A DNA stretch of 64,000 bases from Gemmatimonadales bacterium. GTDB lineage: Bacteria > Gemmatimonadota > Gemmatimonadetes > Gemmatimonadales > GWC2-71-9. How positions within the stretch are numbered: the first letter of the stretch is position 1; each line of letters starts with the position of its first letter. The notes beneath the pieces were generated by a model. It searched no databases. It was not told the DNA's origin and saw nothing but the letters and a program-made list of their open reading frames with translations. The stretch is taken from positions 58,949 to 122,948 of the forward strand of contig WVYX01000293.1 of the NCBI GenBank assembly GCA_011772755.1, written 5' to 3'. Positions 7,303-17,093 of the stretch are shown here, piece by piece. Position numbers and translations under genes: made by a program.

Positions 7303-9492
7303 CTACAGCCTGGTGAGATATGTCAGCTTCGCCACCAACCCCCTGTTCGACAGCTGCCAGAGTTCGTTCCCAACCCCCCGCTGCTCCGTCAGCACGATGA
7401 AGAGATCGCTTCCGGGCCGATGGATGAAGTTGAGCCGCAGGTTGACGGAGAAGTCCTTGTCCAGGGAGTTGTACTGCAGCAACGCGTTGGTGGTGAACTT
7501 GGTGGAGAATGCATAGCCCAATCGGAGTGAGGTGATGTGAGACGTCAACTTCCCGCCCGGCACGTCGACTCGATTCCACTCGTGCGACAGTTCCATTGAC
7601 ACCTGTGGACTCGGCGACAGTCCGACGCTGGGTTCGACGGACCAGAGCGTGCCTCCAAAGAACTGCTCCAAGCCGCCTCGCACACGGCCGACCACTGCCC
7701 GTTGGCGGCCGCTGTGGAGGAACAGCCGAAGCGCCCGAGTATCGTATCGTCCGCTTGGTATCGGAATCGAATCGGCCAACATAAAGCCTTCGTCCAACTG
7801 CGTCTCCCCAACGTCGAACATGGCCCTAAAGCTATCCCCGGACTCGAACTCGGGGTCCACGGCGAAGCTCACCCCCCAATCCTGCATCCTCCCATCGGTG
7901 GTGGAGATGTACTCCCCCTCCACGCTGGTCTCGATGACGCGGATCCCCCAGCGGCCCGGCCGGGGAGAGAGCCGGAACTCCGCTCGGGTCTGGCGAATGT
8001 CGCTGCGTGTGATAAAGCCGAGGTCGGCCCGGGCCTGTGACCCGACTGTGAGATGCTGGAGCAATGCTCCCACGAGGTCGGTCGAGTAGTCTGCAGTGAC
8101 GGAATACGTGTGGTCATTCCCGCCCGCACCGCTGGTGAAGCTCCGGTTGTAGAACCCCTTTACGTTCAATGTGGGATGGGGCCAGAATGAACCGTCCACC
8201 GCCGCTACCGTATTTGATCCATCGCCGTTCCGCCGGTCCGTTACCATCAACCCGAGAAAGTTGTTCTCCCCAATGTCCCGTTTTATTCGAGCCACCGAGT
8301 GGCCGGTTATCGGCACGTCGCCGGATTCCGCGGTGAGGACGCTCATCAACCCCACGGTCTGGCCACCGACCCTGCCGGTGAGGCGCGCGCCTCCGAGGAT
8401 CGGTATTTCGCCTTCCCATCCGATTCCAATACGGCGGGAGAAAAAGAGCTGGTATGGCGGAGGACCGAATCCGCCGCGGAACCCCACGTCGAATACCCCC
8501 GCGTTCTCGAGAAAGAAGTCCCGCTTCTCGGGATAGAAGAGCGAGAAACGGGTGAGGTTCACCTGCTCGTCGTCCACCTCGACCTGCGCGAAGTCGGTGT
8601 TCAACGTCAAATCGAGGACCAACCCCGGTAGGAGCTCCGACTTGAGATCCAGACCGATATCGGTCTGACGCTCGACGGGCGTCTGTCCGTCGGCATCGAG
8701 CTCCTGCCGAGTGCCTGCCAGAGCGAAGGGCTTCAGCTCCACGTTGATCCCGTACCGTGGCAGGTTCTCCATGCCAATCAGATGCCCCGCCCGACTCACC
8801 CGCTCGAACCCTTCGTTATCCCGCGACCACGACTGCCACAGCACCATCTCGCTCTTGCGCCGGATGGTCCTGTACACGTTGAATCCCCACGGTTCTCCTT
8901 GGCCGTCTTCCGGATATCTCAGCGTACGAAATGGAATGGCGAATTCCGCCGACCAGCCCTGGGCGTGCCGGACTGCGGCTGCCTGCCATACCGCCCTCCA
9001 GTCCACGTTGATCTCGGCTCCCTCGTCGGTGATGAGGGCCTCGAACTCCGCACCGTTGGGGTTCGTGGCGAACACGAAGGCGTTGCGGCTGTCGTGGAAG
9101 GTGTCGAACAGAATAGCTACGGCATCGTCGCCGGCGAACTGGAAGTCGTGCCGGGCCTCCATGATCTGGTCTCTCGCAAGGATTCGGCTTACCACTCGGT
9201 CCGGCTCCCGATCGAAGGCCATCACCGCCACGTAAATGTTCCTATCGTCGATCGCGATCCTGACTTCCGTGGCTTCCGTAGCCGGGGCTCCCTCATCGGG
9301 TTCCTGCTGCCGGAAATCCCGGATCACCGCTGCCCGCTGCCAGAATGCTTCTTCGATCACACCGTCCAGGTGCAGGGCCTGCCCAGGGGTCAGCCGAAGG
9401 GCCTGGATCTGGTCGGCGCGGGAATCCTGAGCCGCCAAGTGGCTCGTGGCACATCCAACAAGTAGAAGAAGAGCGAACGACTGTCTTACCAT
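7303..9492 (-). CDS. DUF5916/CBM9-like large secreted or outer-membrane protein
   Basis: ORF trimmed to ATG 9492 (MVRQSFALLLLVGCATSHLAAQ signal); N-terminal LDGVIEEAFWQRAA...DFRQQEPDEG resembles CBM9-like/DUF5916 proteins as I remember them. Confidence 0.65.
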   Translation of the reverse strand: MVRQSFALLLLVGCATSHLAAQDSRADQIQALRLTPGQALHLDGVIEEAFWQRAAVIRDFRQQEPDEGAPATEATEVRIAIDDRNIYVAVMAFDREPDRVVSRILARDQIMEARHDFQFAGDDAVAILFDTFHDSRNAFVFATNPNGAEFEALITDEGAEINVDWRAVWQAAAVRHAQGWSAEFAIPFRTLRYPEDGQGEPWGFNVYRTIRRKSEMVLWQSWSRDNEGFERVSRAGHLIGMENLPRYGINVELKPFALAGTRQELDADGQTPVERQTDIGLDLKSELLPGLVLDLTLNTDFAQVEVDDEQVNLTRFSLFYPEKRDFFLENAGVFDVGFRGGFGPPPYQLFFSRRIGIGWEGEIPILGGARLTGRVGGQTVGLMSVLTAESGDVPITGHSVARIKRDIGENNFLGLMVTDRRNGDGSNTVAAVDGSFWPHPTLNVKGFYNRSFTSGAGGNDHTYSVTADYSTDLVGALLQHLTVGSQARADLGFITRSDIRQTRAEFRLSPRPGRWGIRVIETSVEGEYISTTDGRMQDWGVSFAVDPEFESGDSFRAMFDVGETQLDEGFMLADSIPIPSGRYDTRALRLFLHSGRQRAVVGRVRGGLEQFFGGTLWSVEPSVGLSPSPQVSMELSHEWNRVDVPGGKLTSHITSLRLGYAFSTKFTTNALLQYNSLDKDFSVNLRLNFIHRPGSDLFIVLTEQRGVGNELWQLSNRGLVAKLTYLTRL

Positions 9493-9759
9493 GTTTCTCA
9501 ATGTTTCTGCTCTGCACAGCTTGATGTTTGCGTCGTTGAGGCCGCTCGCCGCGAGCGTGTCCACCTCTACAGTCTACGGCCGGGCCGCCCCAGACGTTGA
9601 GATGCCGACTGGTCACAGAACTGTCGGAGACGAGCGGCTTGGCCCGGTTGCAACGCTTCGCACATCGTGACAGTTGTATTACGATGCGCTACGAGGCGGA
9701 GGGACGTCATCCCGATCTGGCCGCCTCCCTCGGAGGCTCTGCTTTTTCACAAGGTCGTG

Positions 9760-10038
9760 TTAGGCGTCACCACGCTCTGCGCGAATGGCGAGGATTCTGT
9801 TGACATGATGCACGGCATGGTCAGCCTGCATCCGAACCACGGCGCTGACCGGGATCTGCTCAGTTTCCCCGTTCGGCCTCCGGAGTATCACGGAAAGGCG
9901 CCACCCGTCAGGCGCTTGTTCCAGGAATTGCGCTATGTGAGCTGTATTGGCCCTGAACAGAGCCAAAGACACATCTAGGGACCGCTCGGCGTAGGTCCAG
10001 CGCTCTGCCCATACGTCTTGTGGTAGCGCCCATACCAC
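9760..10038 (-). pseudogene. DinB-like C-terminal fragment (5'-truncated?)
   Basis: 92 aa ending ...ADHAVHHVNRILAIRAE (His-rich DinB-type C-terminus); only about half the usual length; abuts the low-GC island. Confidence 0.3.
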
Positions 10039-10130
10039 TCAAGGGTGATTGGTGGCGACTCCAGATCGGGGCTTCACCACCACGGTGCGCCGGAACCCGG
10101 AGCCATGCACCAACGCCCCCTGACATGAGA

Positions 10131-10550
10131 TCATCTTGCATATCCGACTGGATGGTTCAGGAACACGTACTGGGTCTCTTTCAGCTCGAGTATTCCTTTG
10201 ATCCTCTCCTTATCCATGGAGGATCGCGGACGTGTTTTCAAACCGGTCGCGGCACAAGACAGGGAGATATTCTGCGATATGATGCCCGCACCGATAGCTC
10301 CCCATTCGTATTTCAATTCGTTCGTTCCTGCTCGGAAGCCATCGGAATCTGATATCAAGACAATCTGAATCGCTGCCTCAGCGGGGGGCGGCGGCGCGGG
10401 AGGAGCATCAGTTGTAACAGTGGCATTTCCAGAACCTTCAGGCCTTGGTGCCGGTCTAGGTGGCCGCTGCATCATGATGGCCGATCTGAAATCACCGCCA
10501 AGCACAGGGACCAGCTCACGGCTTCTGTAATAGTAGACGGAAGACGCCAT
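10131..10550 (-). CDS. Hypothetical protein (island)
   Basis: 139-aa ORF in the lower-GC region; Pro/Ala-rich linker; no family recognised. Confidence 0.3.
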   Translation of the reverse strand: MASSVYYYRSRELVPVLGGDFRSAIMMQRPPRPAPRPEGSGNATVTTDAPPAPPPPAEAAIQIVLISDSDGFRAGTNELKYEWGAIGAGIISQNISLSCAATGLKTRPRSSMDKERIKGILELKETQYVFLNHPVGYAR

Positions 10551-10735
10551 TCTTCATGAACACATAAACATCAACATCGTGTGTGCGTTCATCGCTGATG
10601 ACGCCGTGGTCTTGTTTTCATCAGGACGGTTAAGGCCGTTGGCTGCCCACATCAAGTCCGACAGGTCCTGTATCGCTCCCGATGCTTGAAAACCGTACAC
10701 CAAAACCACTGGCGGAAAAGCGCACTGATTTCCCT

Positions 10736-11737
10736 TTATCGTGGTCGCATGGGGTTCTGTGGTTCCGGAGCATCAGCCAGTGCGTTTCTGCAGTACTCGA
10801 CACATCTTTTCACCTCGGCCACGGCATCTGAATCTTCGGGGATCTCATACTCAAGTTCAATGTCCGCCGGGAACGTGTATTTGTTCCTTTTCATTAGTTG
10901 CAGAATCAGCCCGAGCGGCGTATCGCCCTCACCAAACGGCATATTGGGACCGTTGTTCAGCTTACGGTCTTTGATGTGCAGGCTGAGAATGCGTCCGGCT
11001 TCGGCATACCTTTCGATGATGGGGATCGGAGACTCGTTCGTCCCGGCGACGTAGTGCCCGACATCGAGATTCATGCCGAGATACTCTCCATGGGAGAAAG
11101 GCGCTTCCCAACTCGAGGCGTTGACCTGCGTATGGTTATGAAAGCCGATCATGATCCTGTGCTCAGCGGCAAATGGAGCCAAGAACCTGGCCTTTTCTTC
11201 CGATATCTCCGTTGTGATGCCTTTGGCGCCGAGCGTCTTGGCGACATTGAAACAGTAGTTCAGCTCGGCTTGCGACATATTGGGGCCGATATCATTGAAC
11301 TTGATGATGTGAATGTTGACCCCCGCATCGTTGTACTTTCTCTTGAGCGCCTGGAATCGATCCATCGAGGCGGACGTGCGCCATTCTTTGATCGCCTCGG
11401 CTCGCGCTTGACGTGCTGCTCGAAATTGGGCGCGCTGTTCCTCTGTGATCTCCTCACCACGGCGCGGCCACCGTGGTTGTTCAAGAGTTGGGGCTCCTGC
11501 AAATTGTTCGGCCGGTTCACCCATGAGCTCAACTGAACTGATGCCGCACTGAATGACGTAGTTCAAAAGGTCATCCGCTGTGCCCGGCATGCTGCGGAAG
11601 CTGTAGGTGATCGTGCCTATCTGCACGCCATTGAATCTCGAATCGGGCTTGACTTTTTCCTGACCGAACAGAGAGCGGGGCACGAGAGGTGTTGCCGCCA
11701 CAGCTGCCGTGTATGCGACAAAATCACGTCTGGTCAT
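10736..11737 (-). CDS. Tat-exported sugar phosphate isomerase/epimerase (xylose isomerase-like TIM barrel)
   Basis: Twin-arginine signal MTRRDFVAYTAAVAATPLV; TIM-barrel family motifs (GFHNH, NLDVGH, LHIKD). Confidence 0.8.
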   Translation of the reverse strand: MTRRDFVAYTAAVAATPLVPRSLFGQEKVKPDSRFNGVQIGTITYSFRSMPGTADDLLNYVIQCGISSVELMGEPAEQFAGAPTLEQPRWPRRGEEITEEQRAQFRAARQARAEAIKEWRTSASMDRFQALKRKYNDAGVNIHIIKFNDIGPNMSQAELNYCFNVAKTLGAKGITTEISEEKARFLAPFAAEHRIMIGFHNHTQVNASSWEAPFSHGEYLGMNLDVGHYVAGTNESPIPIIERYAEAGRILSLHIKDRKLNNGPNMPFGEGDTPLGLILQLMKRNKYTFPADIELEYEIPEDSDAVAEVKRCVEYCRNALADAPEPQNPMRPR

Positions 11738-12269
11738 ATGGCTTTCGATTTGGCTTGGCTCTTCCATGAGTCGTCCCTCTGAGATCTGGTTCTTGCTGCT
11801 CTATCCGTTCACAACGATCGTTTCCGGCGACATATCGGCCGTGGACACAGCTCCCGGTTGGGCGAATGCACTAACCTACGTTTTGGGGTGGGAGTGGGCT
11901 AGATTGACGTGCGGACGGCTTGAGGAAGCCGCCACCACCCGGATGCTGCGGCCATCAGGGAACTCAATAACCACGCTGAACAGGGGGCTCATGTCCGTGA
12001 GCGCCTCCGTGCCATCAGGAAGGCGATAGGTGCTCAGGCCGGTGCCGTGCGTCACCGCCCGCCGTCAAACCTGAAGCCCTCAAGGTCCTTGCGGAGTCCT
12101 ATTGACGGCTGCCGCCAATGTGGTAGTTCGTCCGCGAGTCTGCAACGGAAAGCGCCAAGCCCAGCGAACCGTCCGCTGAGGCTTGCGGACTCATGTACCG
12201 AGGCGCAGGCTATTCTGTCGCTCCCCCAGCCATGTTCTCTTCCGTGGCAAGTTGAAAGGAGTATGAATC

Positions 12270-13796
12270 ATGAGTGGAGGCAAGAAGAAGGAGCACCGAG
12301 ATAGCGGCAGCCTTTCACGGCGTGAGTTTCTGAGTACGACCGGCACGGCGGCCGCCGCATTCACGATCGTCCCGCGCCATGTGCTGGGCGGAGCCGGTTA
12401 CCAGGCTCCCAGTGATATGGTCAATGTCGCGGGGATAGGTGTGGGAGCTCAAGGCGGTTTGGACATACAAGGTATAGCTGATCCTGATGTGCCGATTGAA
12501 AGGCCGCAGCGTTCCAACACGGGCCAGCCGCTCACTCCAGAGCAGATCGCCGAGCGGGAGGCTAGGCGAGCTGCCTGGCTTGCTCGGCGGGCTGCTGAAC
12601 GGCAGCGGCCAGGTGTGCAGCGGCAGCAGCCTCAAGAGGAAGCCGGGCCAAGGAAGCTCGCCAACATCTATGCCTTGTGTGATGTAGACACGGAGTTTGC
12701 GGCTCATGTCTTCAAGGGCTATCCCAAGGCGAAAGTGTATCAGGACTTCCGCAAGATGCTGGACAATGAGAAGGAGATCGATGCAGTCGTCATCGCCACG
12801 CCGGATCATACACACGCTGTTATTGCAGCGTACGCCATGAGAATGGGGAAACATGTATACGTCGAAAAGCCCATGTGCAAGACGGTATACGAATGCCGCA
12901 AACTCACTGAGATTGCCAAAGAGATGAACGTGGTGACCCATATGGGAAATCAGGGACACGCAACTGAAGGTAGTCGATTGACAGTTGAATGGATTCAGTC
13001 TGGTGCCATCGGTCTTGTTCGAGAAGTGCATCTTTCCACAAACCGACCGATCTGGCCGCAAGGCGACATTCCCCGTCCGGAAGGGGTACCTGTACCCAGC
13101 TCGTTGGATTGGGATGTTTGGCTGGGTCCTGGTCCGGAGAAACCCTATCATCCGGACACTTGCCATTTCAACTGGCGTGGTTTGTGGGACTATGGTACCG
13201 GTGCTATGGGCGACATGGGTGCGCACATACTCGATGCGGCAGTCTGGGCCCTCAACCTTGGCCTGCCAACCAAGATTCAGGCCAGCTCCACCAGATACAA
13301 CGAAGAATTCATGCCGCTCGCGGAGATGCTGACCTATGAGTTTCCGGCACGTGGTCACATGCCGCCGGTGAAGCTGACATGGGTTGACGGTGGACTCAGA
13401 CCTGCTCGCCCGGTGGAATTGGAGGCGGGTCGCCCAGTCGAGGATGCGATCTATCTTGGTGAAAAAGGTGCCATGATGCATAGAAGTCACGGCGCAGAAC
13501 CGCGAATCATACCCGAAACGGCCATGGAAGGATATGAGCCTCCAGAGCCATGGATACCGCGCACCGGCGATATATACGAGGATTTCATCGATGCAATCAA
13601 GAATGGCAAGAAATCTTCAAATGACTTTTCTGTTGCGGGCCATCTAACCGAGATCATGTTGCTAGGGAACCTTGCGGTATTGACGGCAAGTGAGAATACC
13701 GTATTGGAGTATGATGGCGTGGAGGGACGGTTCACCAATCTTCCTGAGGCCAATGATCTTCTGCACTATGAATACCGAACTGGTTGGACTCTATGA
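12270..13796 (+). CDS. Tat-exported Gfo/Idh/MocA family oxidoreductase
   Basis: SRREFLSTTGTAAAAF twin-arginine signal; Rossmann-type segment DAVVIATPDHTHA and a family-typical C-terminal domain. Confidence 0.85.
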   Translation: MSGGKKKEHRDSGSLSRREFLSTTGTAAAAFTIVPRHVLGGAGYQAPSDMVNVAGIGVGAQGGLDIQGIADPDVPIERPQRSNTGQPLTPEQIAEREARRAAWLARRAAERQRPGVQRQQPQEEAGPRKLANIYALCDVDTEFAAHVFKGYPKAKVYQDFRKMLDNEKEIDAVVIATPDHTHAVIAAYAMRMGKHVYVEKPMCKTVYECRKLTEIAKEMNVVTHMGNQGHATEGSRLTVEWIQSGAIGLVREVHLSTNRPIWPQGDIPRPEGVPVPSSLDWDVWLGPGPEKPYHPDTCHFNWRGLWDYGTGAMGDMGAHILDAAVWALNLGLPTKIQASSTRYNEEFMPLAEMLTYEFPARGHMPPVKLTWVDGGLRPARPVELEAGRPVEDAIYLGEKGAMMHRSHGAEPRIIPETAMEGYEPPEPWIPRTGDIYEDFIDAIKNGKKSSNDFSVAGHLTEIMLLGNLAVLTASENTVLEYDGVEGRFTNLPEANDLLHYEYRTGWTL

Positions 13797-14074
13797 CAGT
13801 AGATGAGGAAGAGAAATCATATGATCGCTAGTACGGCCAATTTTCCGTGTCCTTCAAGAGGTGAGGAGAAGAGCAGCTCGGGGCCGTCCATATCAACCAC
13901 GTAGAGGCTGCCGTCGTCCCCTCCGTGGACCATTGGGGGCACGGCGGTAACGTAGAGGCTCCTGCCACTCCGGCTGACAGCGAGCTCCCTAACGGTCAGC
14001 GCATGACCTGCGAGCATCATGCTCGCTGGCCACGCGTTTCTCTGTTCGTACTCGTGTCAACGTCAGGCGCACCA

Positions 14075-15385
14075 TCAAACGACTTCCTTTGAAAACGTCG
14101 CACGATCACCGCTCGGGGTTCCGCCGGTTGCCTGGCTGGGGCGATTACCGCTCCCCAGCCCGGCGCGTACCCAAACCATGGTGCGCGTGCCGCTCTCCCA
14201 AGAGGTTCGAGCGAACCACGAAGGCGTCGCAAGCCTCGTCCGGCGGCTGGACAGCTCCGAGGCCAAGCGACATACTGCGCAGGGGCGAAAGCAGATTCCT
14301 GTCCAGAGGAGGTTGCACATGCGAGGGTCACTCTTCCTGCTGGCTGGACTGTTGACGGCGCTCAGCGCGCTCGGTTGCCGAGGCGCGCGATCATCAACGA
14401 GGAACCACCTCAAGATCGGCGCGGAGCGCGGGATCATGCTGCCGCGAACATCGACCCGGAATTCTGCTTCAAGTCGGCGCACGTACCGCCGTACCGAATC
14501 TTGCTGAGCGCTCGTGAGCGCCGGTGGGGCGTAGTCCCGAGTGACAATCGTGACGGTATCCCCACGCAGGGACATATTGACGAGCCGGTACTCATGGGTG
14601 ACGGCGGTCCAGACAAAGCCGCGGGGGTCGAACGTGCGAAGGACTCTGGGTGCGTACGGGAGCGGGAAAGTCATGCTCCCGCGCCGTGGTACATCCAGCT
14701 CCGGTGTTGCGATCGGGAGTGTGTCAGTCACGGCGCCCGCCGGGCCCACCCGGAGGAGAGACTCACCGGCACGGCCCTGGCCGGGAAGCACCACCGCATC
14801 GTACAGGACTCCTTCTGCGGTGAACCCACCTACCCACGGCAGACGATACAGTGGGGCGTCACGCCGATGCATCTCGAAGTCGTCGCCCTGGATTGCGGCG
14901 TACCGGGCATTCTCGGGGTCAACCAGCCAGATTGCGCCGTCGGGTGAAAGGCTCATGCCGACCACCCCTTCGAATTCACCAGGACCTGCCCCGCGGCGCC
15001 CGACGCTAGTCACGAAATCACCGTCAGGTCCAAACACCCGGAGTTCTCTGGCGAACCCATCGAAAACATAGATTCGCCCAGCCGTGTCGACCTCGATTGC
15101 GGTGATGCGGCCGAAGACGTCGGGACCCTGTCCTTCCGGGGACCCGATCCGGAGCGTTTCCTCGATCCTCCAGCCGGCCTGGCTGTGCCACACCCCAGCG
15201 GCAGGGTTCGAGACGAGAACAGCACCACCAGGTAAGCGCTGCACTTCACCAGCCCAGGTCGATTCCTCTGTACTGGCGTCCGATCCGCATGAAACGGTCA
15301 ACGTGGCAATCAGCACGACAAGCGCGTTGACGATTGCCGTTGGCGGAAGGCCCAACCTGGTCACAAGCTGCTCACCATTCATCAT
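14075..15385 (-). CDS. 6-bladed beta-propeller lipoprotein, 3' end possibly frameshifted
   Basis: Trimmed to ATG 15385 (…LIATLTVSCG lipobox); GRRGAGPGEFEGV motif; the last ~130 codons are R/S/P/C/W-rich and unlike the paralogues. Confidence 0.65.
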   Translation of the reverse strand: MMNGEQLVTRLGLPPTAIVNALVVLIATLTVSCGSDASTEESTWAGEVQRLPGGAVLVSNPAAGVWHSQAGWRIEETLRIGSPEGQGPDVFGRITAIEVDTAGRIYVFDGFARELRVFGPDGDFVTSVGRRGAGPGEFEGVVGMSLSPDGAIWLVDPENARYAAIQGDDFEMHRRDAPLYRLPWVGGFTAEGVLYDAVVLPGQGRAGESLLRVGPAGAVTDTLPIATPELDVPRRGSMTFPLPYAPRVLRTFDPRGFVWTAVTHEYRLVNMSLRGDTVTIVTRDYAPPALTSAQQDSVRRYVRRLEAEFRVDVRGSMIPRSAPILRWFLVDDRAPRQPSALSAVNSPASRKSDPRMCNLLWTGICFRPCAVCRLASELSSRRTRLATPSWFARTSWESGTRTMVWVRAGLGSGNRPSQATGGTPSGDRATFSKEVV

Positions 15386-15686
15386 CTCGCACGTACCGAT
15401 CGCCGCGGCGCACCCGCCTTGCCGCGAGCGCGGCTCGTGCTCCGCGGCGATGCGGTACCTGAGCGCGTATTGCACGCCGAGCTCGTCGCGCTCGGTGGCC
15501 CACACATGGTTGTCCCTGAGGATGAGACGCGGCTGCGTTGGGCCGTGCCTCGCCGGAGACGGCCCATGTGCTATTCAGAATGGCGCACGCCCCCAATCTG
15601 GCCTGAGGATCTGCCCCTCATCAGGCCGCTGCTGACGCCCAGGAAGTACGACGAGTTGCTACGATCGCTCGAGGCGCGTCGACCGC

Positions 15687-16046
15687 CTAAGGATTTGCCG
15701 GGCCAGCACCCCCGGACGCGCTAGCGGGCGCCTGCTCACCCTTCCAAATCCAGCCAACCGTCTTCACCACATCCACGGCGAGTACCACGAGGGCCAACGA
15801 GCCCAGGATCGCCGGGATGAAATACAACTGGTATCCCTGGCCCTCCGGTGCGTAGCGCAGGCCGCCGAACCAGTGGCCTAGCACGGGCGAGCCCAGCCAG
15901 GCACCGAGCCAGCCAATCACGACCTTTGAACAGTACGAGGCCAATCCGGGGATCACGTAGTACCTCAGCCCGAAGTGCATGATCGCGGAAACCACGACGC
16001 TGACAACGAGCAGGATGAGGAAGCTGATGAAGTCCATTCCTGTCAT
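15687..16046 (-). CDS. GlsB/YeaQ/YmgE family stress-response membrane protein
   Basis: Trimmed to ATG 16046 with AGGAGG upstream; MTGMDFISFLILLVVSVVVSAI..., multi-TM with Gly-rich helices. Confidence 0.75.
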   Translation of the reverse strand: MTGMDFISFLILLVVSVVVSAIMHFGLRYYVIPGLASYCSKVVIGWLGAWLGSPVLGHWFGGLRYAPEGQGYQLYFIPAILGSLALVVLAVDVVKTVGWIWKGEQAPASASGGAGPANP

Positions 16047-16078
16047 TTTGGTCCTCCTGTGAGTGTTGCGCGGTGGTC

Positions 16079-16160
16079 CGGCGGTCTCGTGGTCGGAGCG
16101 GCGTGGGAGGCGACGTCTCTTCGAGAGCGGGATCGCCGTCGCCATCGCGGCACGGCGAAT
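16079..16160. repeat. Conserved non-coding block X, copy 2
   Basis: See 178-260; begins 33 nt upstream of the GlsB-like start. Confidence 0.7.
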
Positions 16161-16475
16161 GCCCACTAAGGTTCACGCGTTTCGTCGCCTCGCAAGGGTG
16201 ATCCTGGACAGCGTTTGTCGGAGTTGACGGGTGCACGGGAGAGCGCCGCGCCAAACCTCGCGCATCACCCGATAGGGAATTATGAGATTCAGGATCGGGA
16301 CAAAGAACCCGCCCCGGCGGGTCGCAGCCCTGTGGCGAGGTGCTACGGCGGGTTTGGGGAGCAGACATGGGCGTGCGTCGGGCGGAGGTAGCCGCGGACC
16401 GGTGCGAGGTCTCTCCAGCAGGGACCTTCCACCACTGCGCAGCAACGAGGGATCTCTTCCGGGAGGAAAGGCCTA

Positions 16476-16631
16476 GTGACGAGTCCAGAGGAAAAGGCCA
16501 AGCCCGGCGCTAAGCCCGACCATCTCAAAATCGAGGGGAAGGACTGGAAGCAGGCGGTCAAGAGGGCGCTAGAGAAGGAGGGCCCGAAGGAGGGTTGGCC
16601 TAAGGGCGAGGAACCCAAGAGGGACGAATGA
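16476..16631 (+). CDS. Small Lys/Glu-rich protein (51 aa)
   Basis: GTG start with GGAGG 9 nt upstream; VTSPEEKAKPGAKPDHLKIEGKDWKQAVKRALEKEGPKEGWPKGEEPKRDE; below the 60-aa cutoff of the ORF track. Confidence 0.35.
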   Translation: MTSPEEKAKPGAKPDHLKIEGKDWKQAVKRALEKEGPKEGWPKGEEPKRDE

Positions 16632-16657
16632 CCGCGATTCTGAGTCTATTCGTTGCC

Positions 16658-16999
16658 CTACGGCCGTTCGGTGGGTCCGAAAAATCGTCTAAGAACTAGC
16701 TCGAGACTGGTAAAGAAGCGCTTCCTGAGGCTAGCTGAGGTGACAAGCTTGAAGAGGATTAGTGCGTTCAGAACGGCTGCCGCGCCTAAGACGGCAACAG
16801 TGACGAACGGATTGTCGAGTAGCCTAGGAGCGACAGCATCGAGAGCGAAGGTCGCCACGAAACTCCAGGGGACGGTTAGCAAGACAACTGGGAGGAATGC
16901 AAATGCGTCCTTAACGCTGAACCCCGCCACAAGGAAGAAGATGACGACGGCCAGGTACGTGCCCGCTACCAACACCGCCCATCGCTTGCTATCCGCCAT
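16658..16999 (-). CDS. Small integral membrane protein (3 predicted TM helices)
   Basis: 113 aa, MADSKRWAVLVAGTYLAVVIFFLVAGF..., hydrophobic segments, lower GC. Confidence 0.6.
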   Translation of the reverse strand: MADSKRWAVLVAGTYLAVVIFFLVAGFSVKDAFAFLPVVLLTVPWSFVATFALDAVAPRLLDNPFVTVAVLGAAAVLNALILFKLVTSASLRKRFFTSLELVLRRFFGPTERP

Positions 17000-17093
17000 G
17001 CGCTATAGTACCTGCGACAGCAACACCCGGGAAAGGTGCTCCACTTTCCGCGCATTTGCGTCAAGTACATACTCCCGTAGAAATTCCTATCGC

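Noticed and set aside
6995-7579. 194-aa minus-strand ORF bridging the DUF5916-like gene's 3' end and the next intergenic region; its last ~62 codons (GTG ~7180 to stop 6995, ...SYSVQWDFMNGVRRWFQQQNPVVLPGLPPLYDAP) look somewhat protein-like
   Set aside because: The upstream two-thirds overlap the DUF5916-like CDS out of frame with junk composition. The tail has no proper SD or start, and I recognise no family. It might be a small gene, but the support is insufficient.
9722-9746. Possible plus-strand intrinsic terminator GCCTCC-CTC-GGAGGC followed by TCTGCTTTTT
   Set aside because: The stem is only 6 bp with a 3-nt loop, and there is no plus-strand gene upstream for it to terminate.
13817-14020. 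67-aa ORF with beta-propeller-like snippets (SLYVTAV, GSLYVVDMDG)
   Set aside because: It is too short for a domain, lies at the island border, and has no SD. It is treated as a probable gene fragment rather than a functional CDS.
15419-15724. 101-aa plus-strand ORF (or its 52-aa ATG-initiated C-terminal part MCYSEWRTPPIWPEDLPL...) between the propeller and GlsB-like genes
   Set aside because: There is no SD, the composition is Arg/Pro-rich, it overlaps the 3' end of the convergent GlsB-like gene, and no family is recognised.
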